Shown here: in pieces, positions 8,574 to 17,442 of the stretch
How the letters are laid out: each line of letters begins with the position of its first letter
Numbering within the stretch: the first letter of the stretch is position 1
Sequence record: SRR2962707_2599
DNA: 20,000 nucleotides
Direction: 5' to 3' (one strand)
Notes under the pieces: model-generated
Told to the model about the DNA's origin: nothing
Databases searched by the model: none
Seen by the model: only the letters and a program-made list of their open reading frames with translations
Translations under genes and position numbers: made by a program

Positions 8574-11075
8574 CTATTTGGCGGGTCTCTCAACGGTGGC
8601 GTTAAGGGTCTGCAACACCACATCCACCGACATTGGTGACGCCCCCGGCAAAGGCAAGACGGCCCCCTGTGCCCCTTGCTCAAGCGCGGCCGCCACAGCA
8701 TCCCCTTGCGCGCCCAGATCAAAGCAAAACACCGGCAGGCCCGTCGCCAGAGCCTCATGCGTGGTAAACGAAAACGTCTCGGGCCAGATCGATGGGATCA
8801 GCCACGCCGCGATCTGATAGCGCGCCACCAGCCCCGGCAGATCGCGCAGTTGATAACTGCCATGAACTTTCGCCGGCACCGCAAGCCCATAATCAGGGTC
8901 TATCTGGCCAATCACAACGAGCCCGGCCCTGGGATCACGCGCCAGATCACGGCTCAGCTCCTGCAGAACAGCTGCGCCTTTTTGATACCCGATATTGCCC
9001 AAAACCCCGATCACCGGAGGGGACGTACCGTCCCAGCCCGACGCAATGACCGGGACCTTGGACGGTAGGGCATGAGGCTGCACGACAATCGCGTTGGCGC
9101 CCTCGGGATAAGCTTTGACCACAATCGCCCGGCTGCTTTGGGAAAACACTATGATCCGCTCAGCCGCTGCCATTAGCGGGCGCCAAGCAGCCTGCCACTC
9201 TGACAAAGACGCAGGTTCGGGATGCCTGATCTGATGCGCCGGATCCTGAGCCAATACGGCCCCATCGCAGGGCACGCCCTGATACCTGCCTTGCGCGTTC
9301 AACAAGGTATAAGACGGGCTGACAGGATAAAAATCATGAAACAGGATGTCGATCTTATGGGCGTGAGCCGCTGTCCCGTCTTGCCCTGCCATCGCCAATA
9401 ACTGCTGCGGCAATTCCAGCGGCGCAAAAACACCAACGCCACAGGAATAGACAATCCGACGCCGTGGCAAATGGGCAATCAGAGCCTGCATGAGATCGGC
9501 CTCATTCGTCAGGCCTTGTGTCACGCCGCGCGCGCAGTGGAGCTCAACCTTCCAGCGATAGCCTTGCCCAACCCGCACCACCACCGCCGACCCACCGGCG
9601 CTGAGGTCGGCCGCAATCCGGGTCTGCAAATAGTGCTCCGCACCCCCTCCCATGGCATGGGCCAAATAGACGGGCACAGCGCTATCTTGTTGCTCTGCCG
9701 CCCATGTCAAACCGAGAGCCAAACGCACTGTGTTGAGCGGATCATCCGCTAAGAAATCCTGCACCTCTTGGTCATAGGCTGGATATCGCCGGGCGATCTC
9801 AGCACAGTTACGCTCCAGCAATTTCTGCTTATCCGCAGACCCAAAGGATTCCCCGCCACGATGCTCCACAAACAGGTTTTGCGCGCAGACATGTTTCCCC
9901 CCCAAGGCGCGTGCCTTCTGACACCAGTCCGTTTCCTCCCCATAGCCGCGGCCAAAGGAGGTATCAAACTGCGGTATCTTGGTCAGAAAGCTCGGGGGCA
10001 GCGCCATGCAAAACCCCACACCTGTGGGTGCGCAGACAAGGTTCTCTTGGGGATGAAGACGCGCAGCGGCCTGATCCAGAATCTCGGCCATGCCCGGGGC
10101 CAAGGGCGTGCGCTGACAGATCACGGGGACAGTAAAGATTTCTGCGTCGTTTGACATTGGTGTAACCGAAGCCACCTCAGGGTCGTCCAGCAGAGCCAGC
10201 AACCGCGCATCCCACCCTTGCGGGACCAAAGCATCCGAGTTCAGTAAGACAACCGGATCCTTGGGAAAGGCCCGCGCGGCGTCAAAGCCACGGTTCACCG
10301 ACCCGATAAAGCCCAGATTGGCTTCGTTGAGCAGCAGCGTCACGCGATCCGCATGTTCGGGCCGCGCAGCCCAATCTTTGACAAAAGGGCGAACCTGCGG
10401 ATCAGACGAACAATCTTCGATAAGGATCACACGCCATTCAAGCGCACTATGACGCGCCAAGCGCTCCAGCGCTTCGGGCAAAACGTCAAAGGCATTATAG
10501 ATCGGCATGATCACCGTGACCCGCTGAAAGGGGCGGGCCGGGACCGGCAACGCTGTAAGCAGAGGGCCAGAGCGCATTTCTGTCGCGTTAGACCTGTCAA
10601 CCAGCCCCAGACGCTCTTTGACCACCTCACGCGCGCCCATGTCGCCAAGACGCTTCCAGCGGTAAATCTCAGGGGCCAGGCCAAGAATCGCCCAAATATA
10701 CGGCCCCCATAGGCGGGCTCTGGCGCGTTTGACTTGAGCCTCCGTAAAGCCGGGCAGGGGCATCGCCTCAACCTTGCCGGCCCGATCAACCAGTAAATGT
10801 GGGAGGCCCGTCTCAAATGGGATATCCAGCCCGAACGTGGTTTTATCTTGACCCGAGCCGCGCTCTGGGGTGGTCCAGCTTTGGGTGCGGTTCAGTTTAA
10901 CGCCAACGCGATCCGCCTCAAGGCGCCCCTCGATCAACAGTCGGTTCCGCTCTAGGGCAATGCGCGTCACCTCACCTAAGGGCCCATCAGGACCCGACAA
11001 AGACTGTCCACCAAGGGAAAGAGAAAGAGTGCGTTCTGCATAGCGCAGAAAAATAAGGCGTAACCGGGCAAGCAA
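8574..11075 (-). CDS. Multidomain glycosyltransferase: unassigned N-terminal region + GT2 (GT-A) + GT4-like (GT-B)
   Basis: GT2 motifs VTVIMPIYNA, IEDCSSD, NLGFIGSVNRG, LLNSD and GYGEETDWC. GT-B motifs HAMGGGAE, HDFYPVSP, GNIGYQKG and PSIWPETFSFTTHEALATGLPV. TTG start with AGGA upstream. Confidence 0.88.
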   Translation of the reverse strand: MLARLRLIFLRYAERTLSLSLGGQSLSGPDGPLGEVTRIALERNRLLIEGRLEADRVGVKLNRTQSWTTPERGSGQDKTTFGLDIPFETGLPHLLVDRAGKVEAMPLPGFTEAQVKRARARLWGPYIWAILGLAPEIYRWKRLGDMGAREVVKERLGLVDRSNATEMRSGPLLTALPVPARPFQRVTVIMPIYNAFDVLPEALERLARHSALEWRVILIEDCSSDPQVRPFVKDWAARPEHADRVTLLLNEANLGFIGSVNRGFDAARAFPKDPVVLLNSDALVPQGWDARLLALLDDPEVASVTPMSNDAEIFTVPVICQRTPLAPGMAEILDQAAARLHPQENLVCAPTGVGFCMALPPSFLTKIPQFDTSFGRGYGEETDWCQKARALGGKHVCAQNLFVEHRGGESFGSADKQKLLERNCAEIARRYPAYDQEVQDFLADDPLNTVRLALGLTWAAEQQDSAVPVYLAHAMGGGAEHYLQTRIAADLSAGGSAVVVRVGQGYRWKVELHCARGVTQGLTNEADLMQALIAHLPRRRIVYSCGVGVFAPLELPQQLLAMAGQDGTAAHAHKIDILFHDFYPVSPSYTLLNAQGRYQGVPCDGAVLAQDPAHQIRHPEPASLSEWQAAWRPLMAAAERIIVFSQSSRAIVVKAYPEGANAIVVQPHALPSKVPVIASGWDGTSPPVIGVLGNIGYQKGAAVLQELSRDLARDPRAGLVVIGQIDPDYGLAVPAKVHGSYQLRDLPGLVARYQIAAWLIPSIWPETFSFTTHEALATGLPVFCFDLGAQGDAVAAALEQGAQGAVLPLPGASPMSVDVVLQTLNATVERPAK

Positions 11076-11163
11076 ATTCAGTATGTCCTATCAAAGGTCA
11101 CGCGACCCCTTACCGCGCTCTGTCGTTGTCGTCCAGATACAGCCACAATGCCCCCGGAGCCTG

Positions 11164-11181
11164 TGTTTCGCGCGCGAAACA
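11164..11181. promoter_or_regulatory. parS-like centromere palindrome TGTTTCGCGCGCGAAACA
   Basis: Perfect 18-bp palindrome 8 nt downstream of the parB stop. Its arms TGTTTC/GAAACA match the canonical parS TGTTTCACGTGAAACA. No U-tract suggesting an intrinsic terminator follows it. Confidence 0.7.
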
Positions 11182-11189
11182 AATTCATC

Positions 11190-12233
11190 TTAGCGCGCCT
11201 GTGTCTGCTCAAGCCAATCGATCAGAGCGGCCCGAAACGTTGCGTCCACACGCTTGCCTGACAAGGTAAGACGACCGTCGGAATGGGTCTGGAGTGAAAT
11301 TCCCGGAGCAGGCTCAAATCCGGCCGGAACAGAGTCGTTTTTCGCCTTCCCCTGCGAGGTTTCGCCCTTCTTGACGCCTGTTTCCTTGCCCCCCTGAAGA
11401 TCACTCAGAACCGCCGATAAGGCGGCCTGTTCCATCTCAGGGCGGATCGGTTTGGCCCGCAATAGACTCTGCTTGACCTGTTCAGAGACCCCGGCGTCAT
11501 TTTGCAAAGCATAGCTGAGCGCCAATCCCATGCGTTCGCCGATTACTTCGGGATAGCGCAGCTCTCCGTCCAAGGCGCGCACGAGATGCACAAAGCTGCC
11601 GATCTTAGAGCGCTTGGCCCGGGACGCATTGCGAAACAGAGACTGGAGCGCGGCTTTCTCTGTCTCAAATACGTTCTGTTCAACCGATTTGGCGACGATC
11701 CGAGCACGCTCATAATAGCTGAGCCCGGCGCGGATTTCGTTTTCCTCGACCATGGCCAGATAGGCCTCAGAGGATTCAGACGGCTTGCGCAGCAAGGCCA
11801 GAACCGTGCCAAACCGCGCTTCTCCGGTCTCTTGCGCCAATTGCCTTAACGCCTCACAGCGCCGCCAGCCGGAAATCAACCCATACCGGTCCGGACCCAG
11901 CATCGCGACTTCGATGGGCGTTTGCTGTCCCCGGTCTTTCAACGAGGCACGCAAAGCGGCCATGTCATCTTCGTTGCGCGCAAGGCGGTCCCGAACCAAA
12001 TAATCCATCTGGATCTGATCCAGCGGCAGGGCCATCACCATGCGCCCTTCTTCACGGGCACGGGTCAGGGTCTGTGTCACCTCATCCAGCGCTGCAACAG
12101 CCGAAGCCTGTCCTGCGACATCGGCAATCGGCGCCCCACGGGCCGGGGCAGAAAAAGCGGATTTGGTTTCGAGCGGCGTGCCCTCATCCAGATACAGCGG
12201 ATTGGCAGGGGTCAGGCGTTTGCGCTTGGCCAT
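11190..12233 (-). CDS. parB: Plasmid partitioning protein ParB
   Basis: ParB N-terminal motifs GQQTPIEV, LISGWRRCEAL (GxRR arginine patch) and MVEENEIRAGLSYYER. It lies directly downstream of parA, with SD AAGGAG upstream. Confidence 0.92.
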   Translation of the reverse strand: MAKRKRLTPANPLYLDEGTPLETKSAFSAPARGAPIADVAGQASAVAALDEVTQTLTRAREEGRMVMALPLDQIQMDYLVRDRLARNEDDMAALRASLKDRGQQTPIEVAMLGPDRYGLISGWRRCEALRQLAQETGEARFGTVLALLRKPSESSEAYLAMVEENEIRAGLSYYERARIVAKSVEQNVFETEKAALQSLFRNASRAKRSKIGSFVHLVRALDGELRYPEVIGERMGLALSYALQNDAGVSEQVKQSLLRAKPIRPEMEQAALSAVLSDLQGGKETGVKKGETSQGKAKNDSVPAGFEPAPGISLQTHSDGRLTLSGKRVDATFRAALIDWLEQTQAR

Positions 12234-12346
12234 CTTCGGGGCTCCTTATGCGGATATCTGAACAGAACGGGCGGGGAACCCCAGACAGAACAGAGTCTGA
12301 TAGTGCCTGAGTAGGCTCACATTGAGGTCTGGGAATACAGCGTTTG

Positions 12347-13741
12347 TCATTCTGCTGCCGCCACCTGATCGGCCAGCTCATCCCGTCGCCAGCTGCCGAC
12401 AAGCAATTGCTTGAACGCCGCATAGGTCGCGTCAAATGTCTCGCGGCCCCGGACGTATGTCTCGCGGTTGAACTCTCGGTAATCTGCCTCATAGATTCCC
12501 TGCACCTGCTCTCCGGCCTGACCGATCAGGGCGGTAAAATCTTGCCGGTGCGGAGAGAGGGTTTGCCCGAGATAGGCCTGCATCAACGAGGCCAGCTCAG
12601 CCTGTTGCGACCCATCATAGCGCGTGACCACCGCGCGCACCGCGTCCCATTGAAAGGACAGCCCTTCGCGACCCAGAGCGCGGGCGGCCATGTTTTCAGC
12701 CTCCTCGATTGAGCCAAAGGTAGAATGCAGCATGTCAAAGAAACGGCCTGTTGAATCAAATTCCAAAAAGGACGCGCCCAGAGGCACCAACAGGATATCT
12801 GCGGCAGCCAGCCCGTTGATCGTCAGATAGCCCAGAGCCGGCGGCGTATCGAGGAAGATCACATCATAGGCGTCCAGCACGCCATCGGCCTCGAGCGTTT
12901 CGGTCAAGGCGTCCCACAGCTTCCAGCCGCGCCCCTGCATCCGCCAGACCGGAATCTGGAACTCGGCCCAATAGAGGTTCAGCTGAGCGCCGATCAGATC
13001 AATGTTGGGCCAGTGCGTGTTTTGGATCAAACTGTCGGCTTTGATTTCGAGCGCTTCAGACAGCGTGTCATCAAGCGGCAAGGGCGCGTCGCCCCGGTCC
13101 AGCCGACGCTGGTTCTCTGTGCGCTGGTACTGCGCATAGTGGCGGGCCAGCAGGGGAAAGACCGTTTGCCATTCATCTGCAACCTTGCCACCAAAGATCG
13201 ACGTCATGGAGCCCTGGCTGTCCAGATCAATCACCAGCACCTTGTAGCCATCCAGGGCCGCTGACATGGCCAGGTGCGCGGCTGTGCTGGTCTTGCCCAC
13301 CCCACCTTTGAAATTGGCCACAGCGACCATTTTGGCAGGCTGGCCTTTGGGGCGGTAGGGTAGGTATTCTTTTGACTTTGATCCCTCCTGTCCGAAGTAG
13401 GACCGCAGGCGTAGAACTTCATCCAGAGTAAACCATTTGGCTCCGCCCGCAGTTTCACTTTGCCCCTGAGGCAGATCGGGGTTCTGCTTGAGCACGCGCC
13501 GGAAATGGCCGGTGGCAACCGGGATCAGATAACGGGTGATTTCCCAAGTCGAAAACATGCGCAACGCCCGGCGCCCATCTTCTTCTAATCCGCGGCTTGC
13601 CAGATCGGCACGGCCAGCTTCACAGGCTTTTGCGATCTGACCAAAGCCCCCAGTTGTGGTGGGCGTGCCCAGTTGCCCAAGGGCGACATCTGGGTCAATA
13701 TTGAAATACGGGGGCAGGGCCCCTCCGGGATCTGATTTCAT
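12347..13741 (-). CDS. parA: Plasmid partitioning ATPase ParA with N-terminal extension
   Basis: Deviant Walker A NFKGGVGKTST, VLVIDLDSQGS and DVIFLDTPPALG. The ORF track starts at 13846, but ATG 13741 (MKSDPGG) has GAGGT upstream and is preferred. Confidence 0.93.
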   Translation of the reverse strand: MKSDPGGALPPYFNIDPDVALGQLGTPTTTGGFGQIAKACEAGRADLASRGLEEDGRRALRMFSTWEITRYLIPVATGHFRRVLKQNPDLPQGQSETAGGAKWFTLDEVLRLRSYFGQEGSKSKEYLPYRPKGQPAKMVAVANFKGGVGKTSTAAHLAMSAALDGYKVLVIDLDSQGSMTSIFGGKVADEWQTVFPLLARHYAQYQRTENQRRLDRGDAPLPLDDTLSEALEIKADSLIQNTHWPNIDLIGAQLNLYWAEFQIPVWRMQGRGWKLWDALTETLEADGVLDAYDVIFLDTPPALGYLTINGLAAADILLVPLGASFLEFDSTGRFFDMLHSTFGSIEEAENMAARALGREGLSFQWDAVRAVVTRYDGSQQAELASLMQAYLGQTLSPHRQDFTALIGQAGEQVQGIYEADYREFNRETYVRGRETFDATYAAFKQLLVGSWRRDELADQVAAAE

Positions 13742-14001
13742 GTGCTCGACCTCGTCATAGCGTCTGATGTGCGCATTTTTCTCCATGGTATCACAAAACA
13801 GCGCACATGGAAGCATAACCCGCACAAATCTATTTTTTCTATGCATATCAATGCTCTGTACAGGACGCGGAAGCTTTGCCGGAGTCAGACCAATTTTGCT
13901 TGGTTTGTTATTTTTCTGTTATTTATATAGTTAAGGGGCAGAGAGCTTTTCTTTAAGATTATGAAATATAAAGACTTTATCTTCATCTTTTGCATCAACG
14001 T

Positions 14002-14062
14002 GACTCTGATCCCACGTTAAGGCGACTCTGATCCAACGCTTGGCTGACTCTGATCCGACGTT
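14002..14062 (+). repeat. Three iterons with 22-bp period
   Basis: GACTCTGATCCCACGTT (14002-14018), GACTCTGATCCAACGCT (14024-14040) and GACTCTGATCCGACGTT (14046-14062). Confidence 0.88.
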
Positions 14063-14090
14063 CAAATGTGCCTCAGGGATGGACGCAGCT

Positions 14091-14099
14091 TGTGGATAA
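14091..14099 (-). promoter_or_regulatory. DnaA box
   Basis: TGTGGATAA is the reverse complement of the consensus TTATCCACA and lies 28 nt from the last iteron. Confidence 0.8.
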
Positions 14100-14204
14100 C
14101 TTTAGGGTGGGTGTCATTGAAACCCCGATAACAGAGTCGTCACAGACCATGGGGCTCAGCGCGGCAGAGCAGGCCGTTGATAACGACAGGCAAGGATACA
14201 GCAG

Positions 14205-15257
14205 ATGGCCGCAGGCGGCGTTGTAAGTGATCATGGCAGAGGGCTGTTACCCGACCGTCATCCGACCGCAGATTTTTTCGTCTGCGATGTGTTTGATGCC
14301 TCGCCCAAAGATGATCTGGGCTCGATGGAACATCCGATATTTTCACTGAGTACACGGCCGGACCGGCGTGTGCTGAGCTATGCGCATAATGGCACTACGA
14401 TTGAGGTCACGCCCAGCGTTAAGGGACGTGCGACCATCCATGACAAGGATGTGCTGATCTATTGCATCAGCCAGCTGATGGCGGGCCTGAATGCCGGACG
14501 GGCGATTTCGCGCACGCTGCATCTCAAGGCGCATGATCTGCTGGTGGCCACAAATCGCGACACCAGTGGCGATGCCTATACCCGGCTGAAGGAAGCCTTT
14601 GAGCGTTTGTCCGGCACACGCATCACCACCAATCTGACCACGGGGGGGCTTGAGACGACGCGGGGCTTTGGTCTGCTGGACAGTTGGGAAATTGTGCGCC
14701 GCAGCCGGGGCGGGCGGATGATCAGCGTGACGGTCACCTTGTCGGAATGGTTGTTTCGGGCGGTGCTGTCCAAATCGGTGCTGACCCTGAGCCGCGATTA
14801 TTTCCGTCTGCGCAAACCGCTGGAACGGCGGGTCTATGAATTGGCGCGCAAACATTGTGGCCGACAGGCGACCTGGAAAGTGAGCGTCGCCACCCTGCAT
14901 AAGAAATCCGGCAGCGCTTCTCCGTTGCGGGTGTTCCGCGCGGCGTTGCGCCGGATGATCAAGGATGGAAACCTGCCAGATTATGAGATGCGCGAAGAGC
15001 CGGGCGATCTGATGGTCTTTGACCGGATGGGGCAGGTGGTTGAACCCGCTGGGTTGCGCGGCCCGGTGTTGCGCGGCGAAACGCTCGAGGCGGCGCGTGC
15101 CGCGGCTCCGGGGACCGATGTCTATGCTCTGGAAGCCGCCTGGCGCAGCTGGTGGTCCGAGACGGGCCGTCCCCGTTTGGGCAATCCGGATGCCGCCTTT
15201 TTGGGCTGGGTGCGCGCGCAGATGCGCAAAAACACAAAGGCGCATGGCCCGCAGTGA
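14205..15257 (+). CDS. repA: Plasmid replication initiator protein A (RPA family)
   Basis: LLPDRHPTADFFVCD, PKDDLGSMEHPIFSLS, GRATIHDKDVLIYCISQL and YFRLRKPLERRVYELARKHCG are characteristic of alphaproteobacterial RepA initiators. The gene is adjacent to the iterons and parAB. Confidence 0.93.
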   Translation: MAAGGVVSDHGRGLLPDRHPTADFFVCDVFDASPKDDLGSMEHPIFSLSTRPDRRVLSYAHNGTTIEVTPSVKGRATIHDKDVLIYCISQLMAGLNAGRAISRTLHLKAHDLLVATNRDTSGDAYTRLKEAFERLSGTRITTNLTTGGLETTRGFGLLDSWEIVRRSRGGRMISVTVTLSEWLFRAVLSKSVLTLSRDYFRLRKPLERRVYELARKHCGRQATWKVSVATLHKKSGSASPLRVFRAALRRMIKDGNLPDYEMREEPGDLMVFDRMGQVVEPAGLRGPVLRGETLEAARAAAPGTDVYALEAAWRSWWSETGRPRLGNPDAAFLGWVRAQMRKNTKAHGPQ

Positions 15258-15305
15258 ACCGACGGGCTATGACAGGTCCAACTCGCCCCCTCTGAGAGAG
15301 CTGCA

Positions 15306-15863
15306 ATGCTGGAAATTACCGATACCTCCCTACCTGATATCAAGATCTTAACGCCGCGCCGTTTTGGCGACGAACGTGGGTTTTTTGGTGAAAGCTGGAA
15401 TGCGCGACGCATGGCCGATGCCGGCTTTGACATTGCCTTTGTGCAAGACAATCATTCGTTGTCCGAACAGGTTGGCACGGTGCGTGGCTTGCATTTTCAA
15501 TCGCCCCCCCATGCGCAGGGGAAACTGGTCCGCTGTGGACGCGGGGCGTTGTTTGATGTCGCTGTCGATGTGCGCCGTGGTAGCCCGCAATACGGCCAGT
15601 GGGTGGGCGTTGAGCTTAGTTTTGAGAATGGTCGGCAATTGTGGATTCCGCCGGGGTTTTTACACGGTTTCGTCACACGGGCGCCCGACACCGAGATTAT
15701 CTATAAATGCACGGATTTTTATGAACCTGCCGCTGATGGCGCGGTGCGGTGGGATAGTCTTGGCATTGACTGGGGTGTGACGGGCACACCGGTGCTGAGT
15801 GACAAGGATGCTGCTGCCCCGGCTTTGGCTGACTGGGTTTCGCCATTTGAGTACGAAGGGTAA
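15306..15863 (+). CDS. rmlC: dTDP-4-dehydrorhamnose 3,5-epimerase
   Basis: FGDERGFF, FVQDNHSLS, RGLHFQ, QGKLVRC, DVAVDVRRGSP and HGF motifs. Confidence 0.97.
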   Translation: MLEITDTSLPDIKILTPRRFGDERGFFGESWNARRMADAGFDIAFVQDNHSLSEQVGTVRGLHFQSPPHAQGKLVRCGRGALFDVAVDVRRGSPQYGQWVGVELSFENGRQLWIPPGFLHGFVTRAPDTEIIYKCTDFYEPAADGAVRWDSLGIDWGVTGTPVLSDKDAAAPALADWVSPFEYEG

Positions 15864-15866
15864 CGA

Positions 15867-16919
15867 ATGAAACTGATTGTGACCGGCGGCGCCGGCTTTA
15901 TTGGCTCTGCTGTGGTGCGACAGGCCATTGCCCAAGGCCACCATGTGGTGAACCTGGATGCGCTGACCTATGCGGCCTGTTTGGACAATGTGGCCAGTGT
16001 GGCCGATCACCCTGAGTATAGCTTTGAGATGGTTGACATCCGCAATCGCCCCGACCTGGATCGGGTCTTCGACAGCCATCGCCCCGATGCCGTGATGCAT
16101 CTGGCGGCGGAATCTCATGTAGACCGGTCCATTGATGGGCCAGGCGATTTCATCGAGACCAATATCACCGGCACCTATAATATGCTTGAAGCTGCGCGCA
16201 GCTACTGGGTCGCACAGGGCAAGCCGACGGACTTTCGCTTTCACCATATTTCAACGGATGAGGTATTTGGATCTTTGCCTGCCGATCCAGCGGTGATGTT
16301 CACCGAAGAGACGGCATATGATCCACGCAGTCCCTATTCCGCCTCAAAAGCCAGTTCTGATCATCTGGTGCGCGCTTGGCACGAAACTTATGGCCTGCCG
16401 GTGGTGCTGACCAATTGCTCGAACAACTACGGCCCTTATCATTTCCCCGAAAAGCTAATTCCGGTGGTGATCCTGAATGCGTTGGCGGGCAAAGCTTTGC
16501 CAATTTATGGCGATGGCAGCAATATTCGCGATTGGTTGTATGTTGAGGATCACGCCGCCGCGCTCTTGCTTGCCGTGCAAAAAGGCCAGGTTGGCCGCTC
16601 CTATAACATTGGCGGAGAAAACGAGCGCAGCAATCTACAACTGGTTCAGACCCTATGCACGATCCTTGATGATCTAAGCCCGCGCTCTGATGGCGCCTCT
16701 TATGCTGAGCAGATCACCTTTGTGGCCGATCGCCCCGGACATGATGCCCGCTATGCGATTGATCCCGCCCGCATCCGTAAGGAGCTGGGCTGGTCTCCGT
16801 CGGTGACCGTAGAAGAAGGGCTGAAAAAGACCGTGCAATGGTATCTGGACAACGAAGATTGGTGGCGGGCTTTGCAGAACCGCGGCGGCGTTGGTCAAAG
16901 GCTGGGGACCAAAGCATGA
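15867..16919 (+). CDS. rmlB: dTDP-glucose 4,6-dehydratase
   Basis: [40 protein letters not shown] and DRPGHD motifs. Confidence 0.97.
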   Translation: MKLIVTGGAGFIGSAVVRQAIAQGHHVVNLDALTYAACLDNVASVADHPEYSFEMVDIRNRPDLDRVFDSHRPDAVMHLAAESHVDRSIDGPGDFIETNITGTYNMLEAARSYWVAQGKPTDFRFHHISTDEVFGSLPADPAVMFTEETAYDPRSPYSASKASSDHLVRAWHETYGLPVVLTNCSNNYGPYHFPEKLIPVVILNALAGKALPIYGDGSNIRDWLYVEDHAAALLLAVQKGQVGRSYNIGGENERSNLQLVQTLCTILDDLSPRSDGASYAEQITFVADRPGHDARYAIDPARIRKELGWSPSVTVEEGLKKTVQWYLDNEDWWRALQNRGGVGQRLGTKA

Positions 16920-16968
16920 GGCTTTGGTTTGGTTGTCGGGGCTGCAAGACGCCTTTGGTGCTTGCGCG

Positions 16969-17442
16969 ATGCTGACGGCGCATCTGCCCTCTGGTTATGT
17001 GCTGGGGCGTCTGATCCGTCGCGACATCCTCTGTCTGATGCCCGCGGCCCTGATCGGCGCTGTGTTGCCGGATCTGGATCTGATTTGGTTTTATCTGGTC
17101 GATGACCGCGCCGTCCACCATCATTTCTATTGGGTGCATGTGCCGGTGTTCTGGATGGTTTTGGCCGCTGTGGTTCTGCCGGGGCTTGCCCTTTTGGCGC
17201 GACACTGGCTGGCCACGGCTTTTGTGTTCTTCGCCGCGATCTTTCTACATCTGTGTCTTGATACGATTTCAGGCGGCGTCCTGTGGGCCGCCCCCTTTAA
17301 CAGACATCTCTATACGATGGTAACTGTGCCTGCCCGATATGATCATTGGGTGACCTCGTTTCTCTTGCACTGGACCTTTTTGCTTGAACTTGCAGTTTGG
17401 GCGATTGCTGTGATTTTTTGGTGTAAGGAGACCCGCGCATGA
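16969..17442 (+). CDS. Membrane-bound metal-dependent hydrolase (YdjM/DUF457-like)
   Basis: The pattern M..AH...GAVLPDLD...HHHFYWVH...LHLCLD...G with several TM segments matches the YdjM family. ATG 16969 is preferred over the ORF-track start at 16891, which overlaps rmlB. The stop overlaps the rmlD start (ATGA). Confidence 0.75.
   Translation: MLTAHLPSGYVLGRLIRRDILCLMPAALIGAVLPDLDLIWFYLVDDRAVHHHFYWVHVPVFWMVLAAVVLPGLALLARHWLATAFVFFAAIFLHLCLDTISGGVLWAAPFNRHLYTMVTVPARYDHWVTSFLLHWTFLLELAVWAIAVIFWCKETRA

Larger units (their letters stand above)
13890..14100. other. Plasmid replication origin (AT-rich tract + iterons + DnaA box)
   Basis: The divergent parA/repA intergenic region contains a conspicuously AT-rich stretch (~13900-13995), followed by three iterons and a DnaA box. 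Confidence 0.8.

Noticed and set aside
13931-13956. Possible CtrA site in the origin (two TTAA)
   Set aside because: The spacing is 18 nt, not the 7 nt of TTAA-N7-TTAA.
14002-14062. Direct repeats as a possible mini-CRISPR
   Set aside because: The units are 17 bp with 5-bp gaps and no cas genes are present. Their position between an AT-rich tract and a DnaA box indicates iterons.
14343-15245. 300-aa antisense ORF opposite repA
   Set aside because: It lies wholly within a well-supported gene and has no recognisable motifs. It is a typical antisense shadow of GC-rich codon usage.
11190-15257. repABC-type replicon
   Set aside because: There is no RepC. The initiator is RPA-family and divergent from parAB, with an iteron origin.
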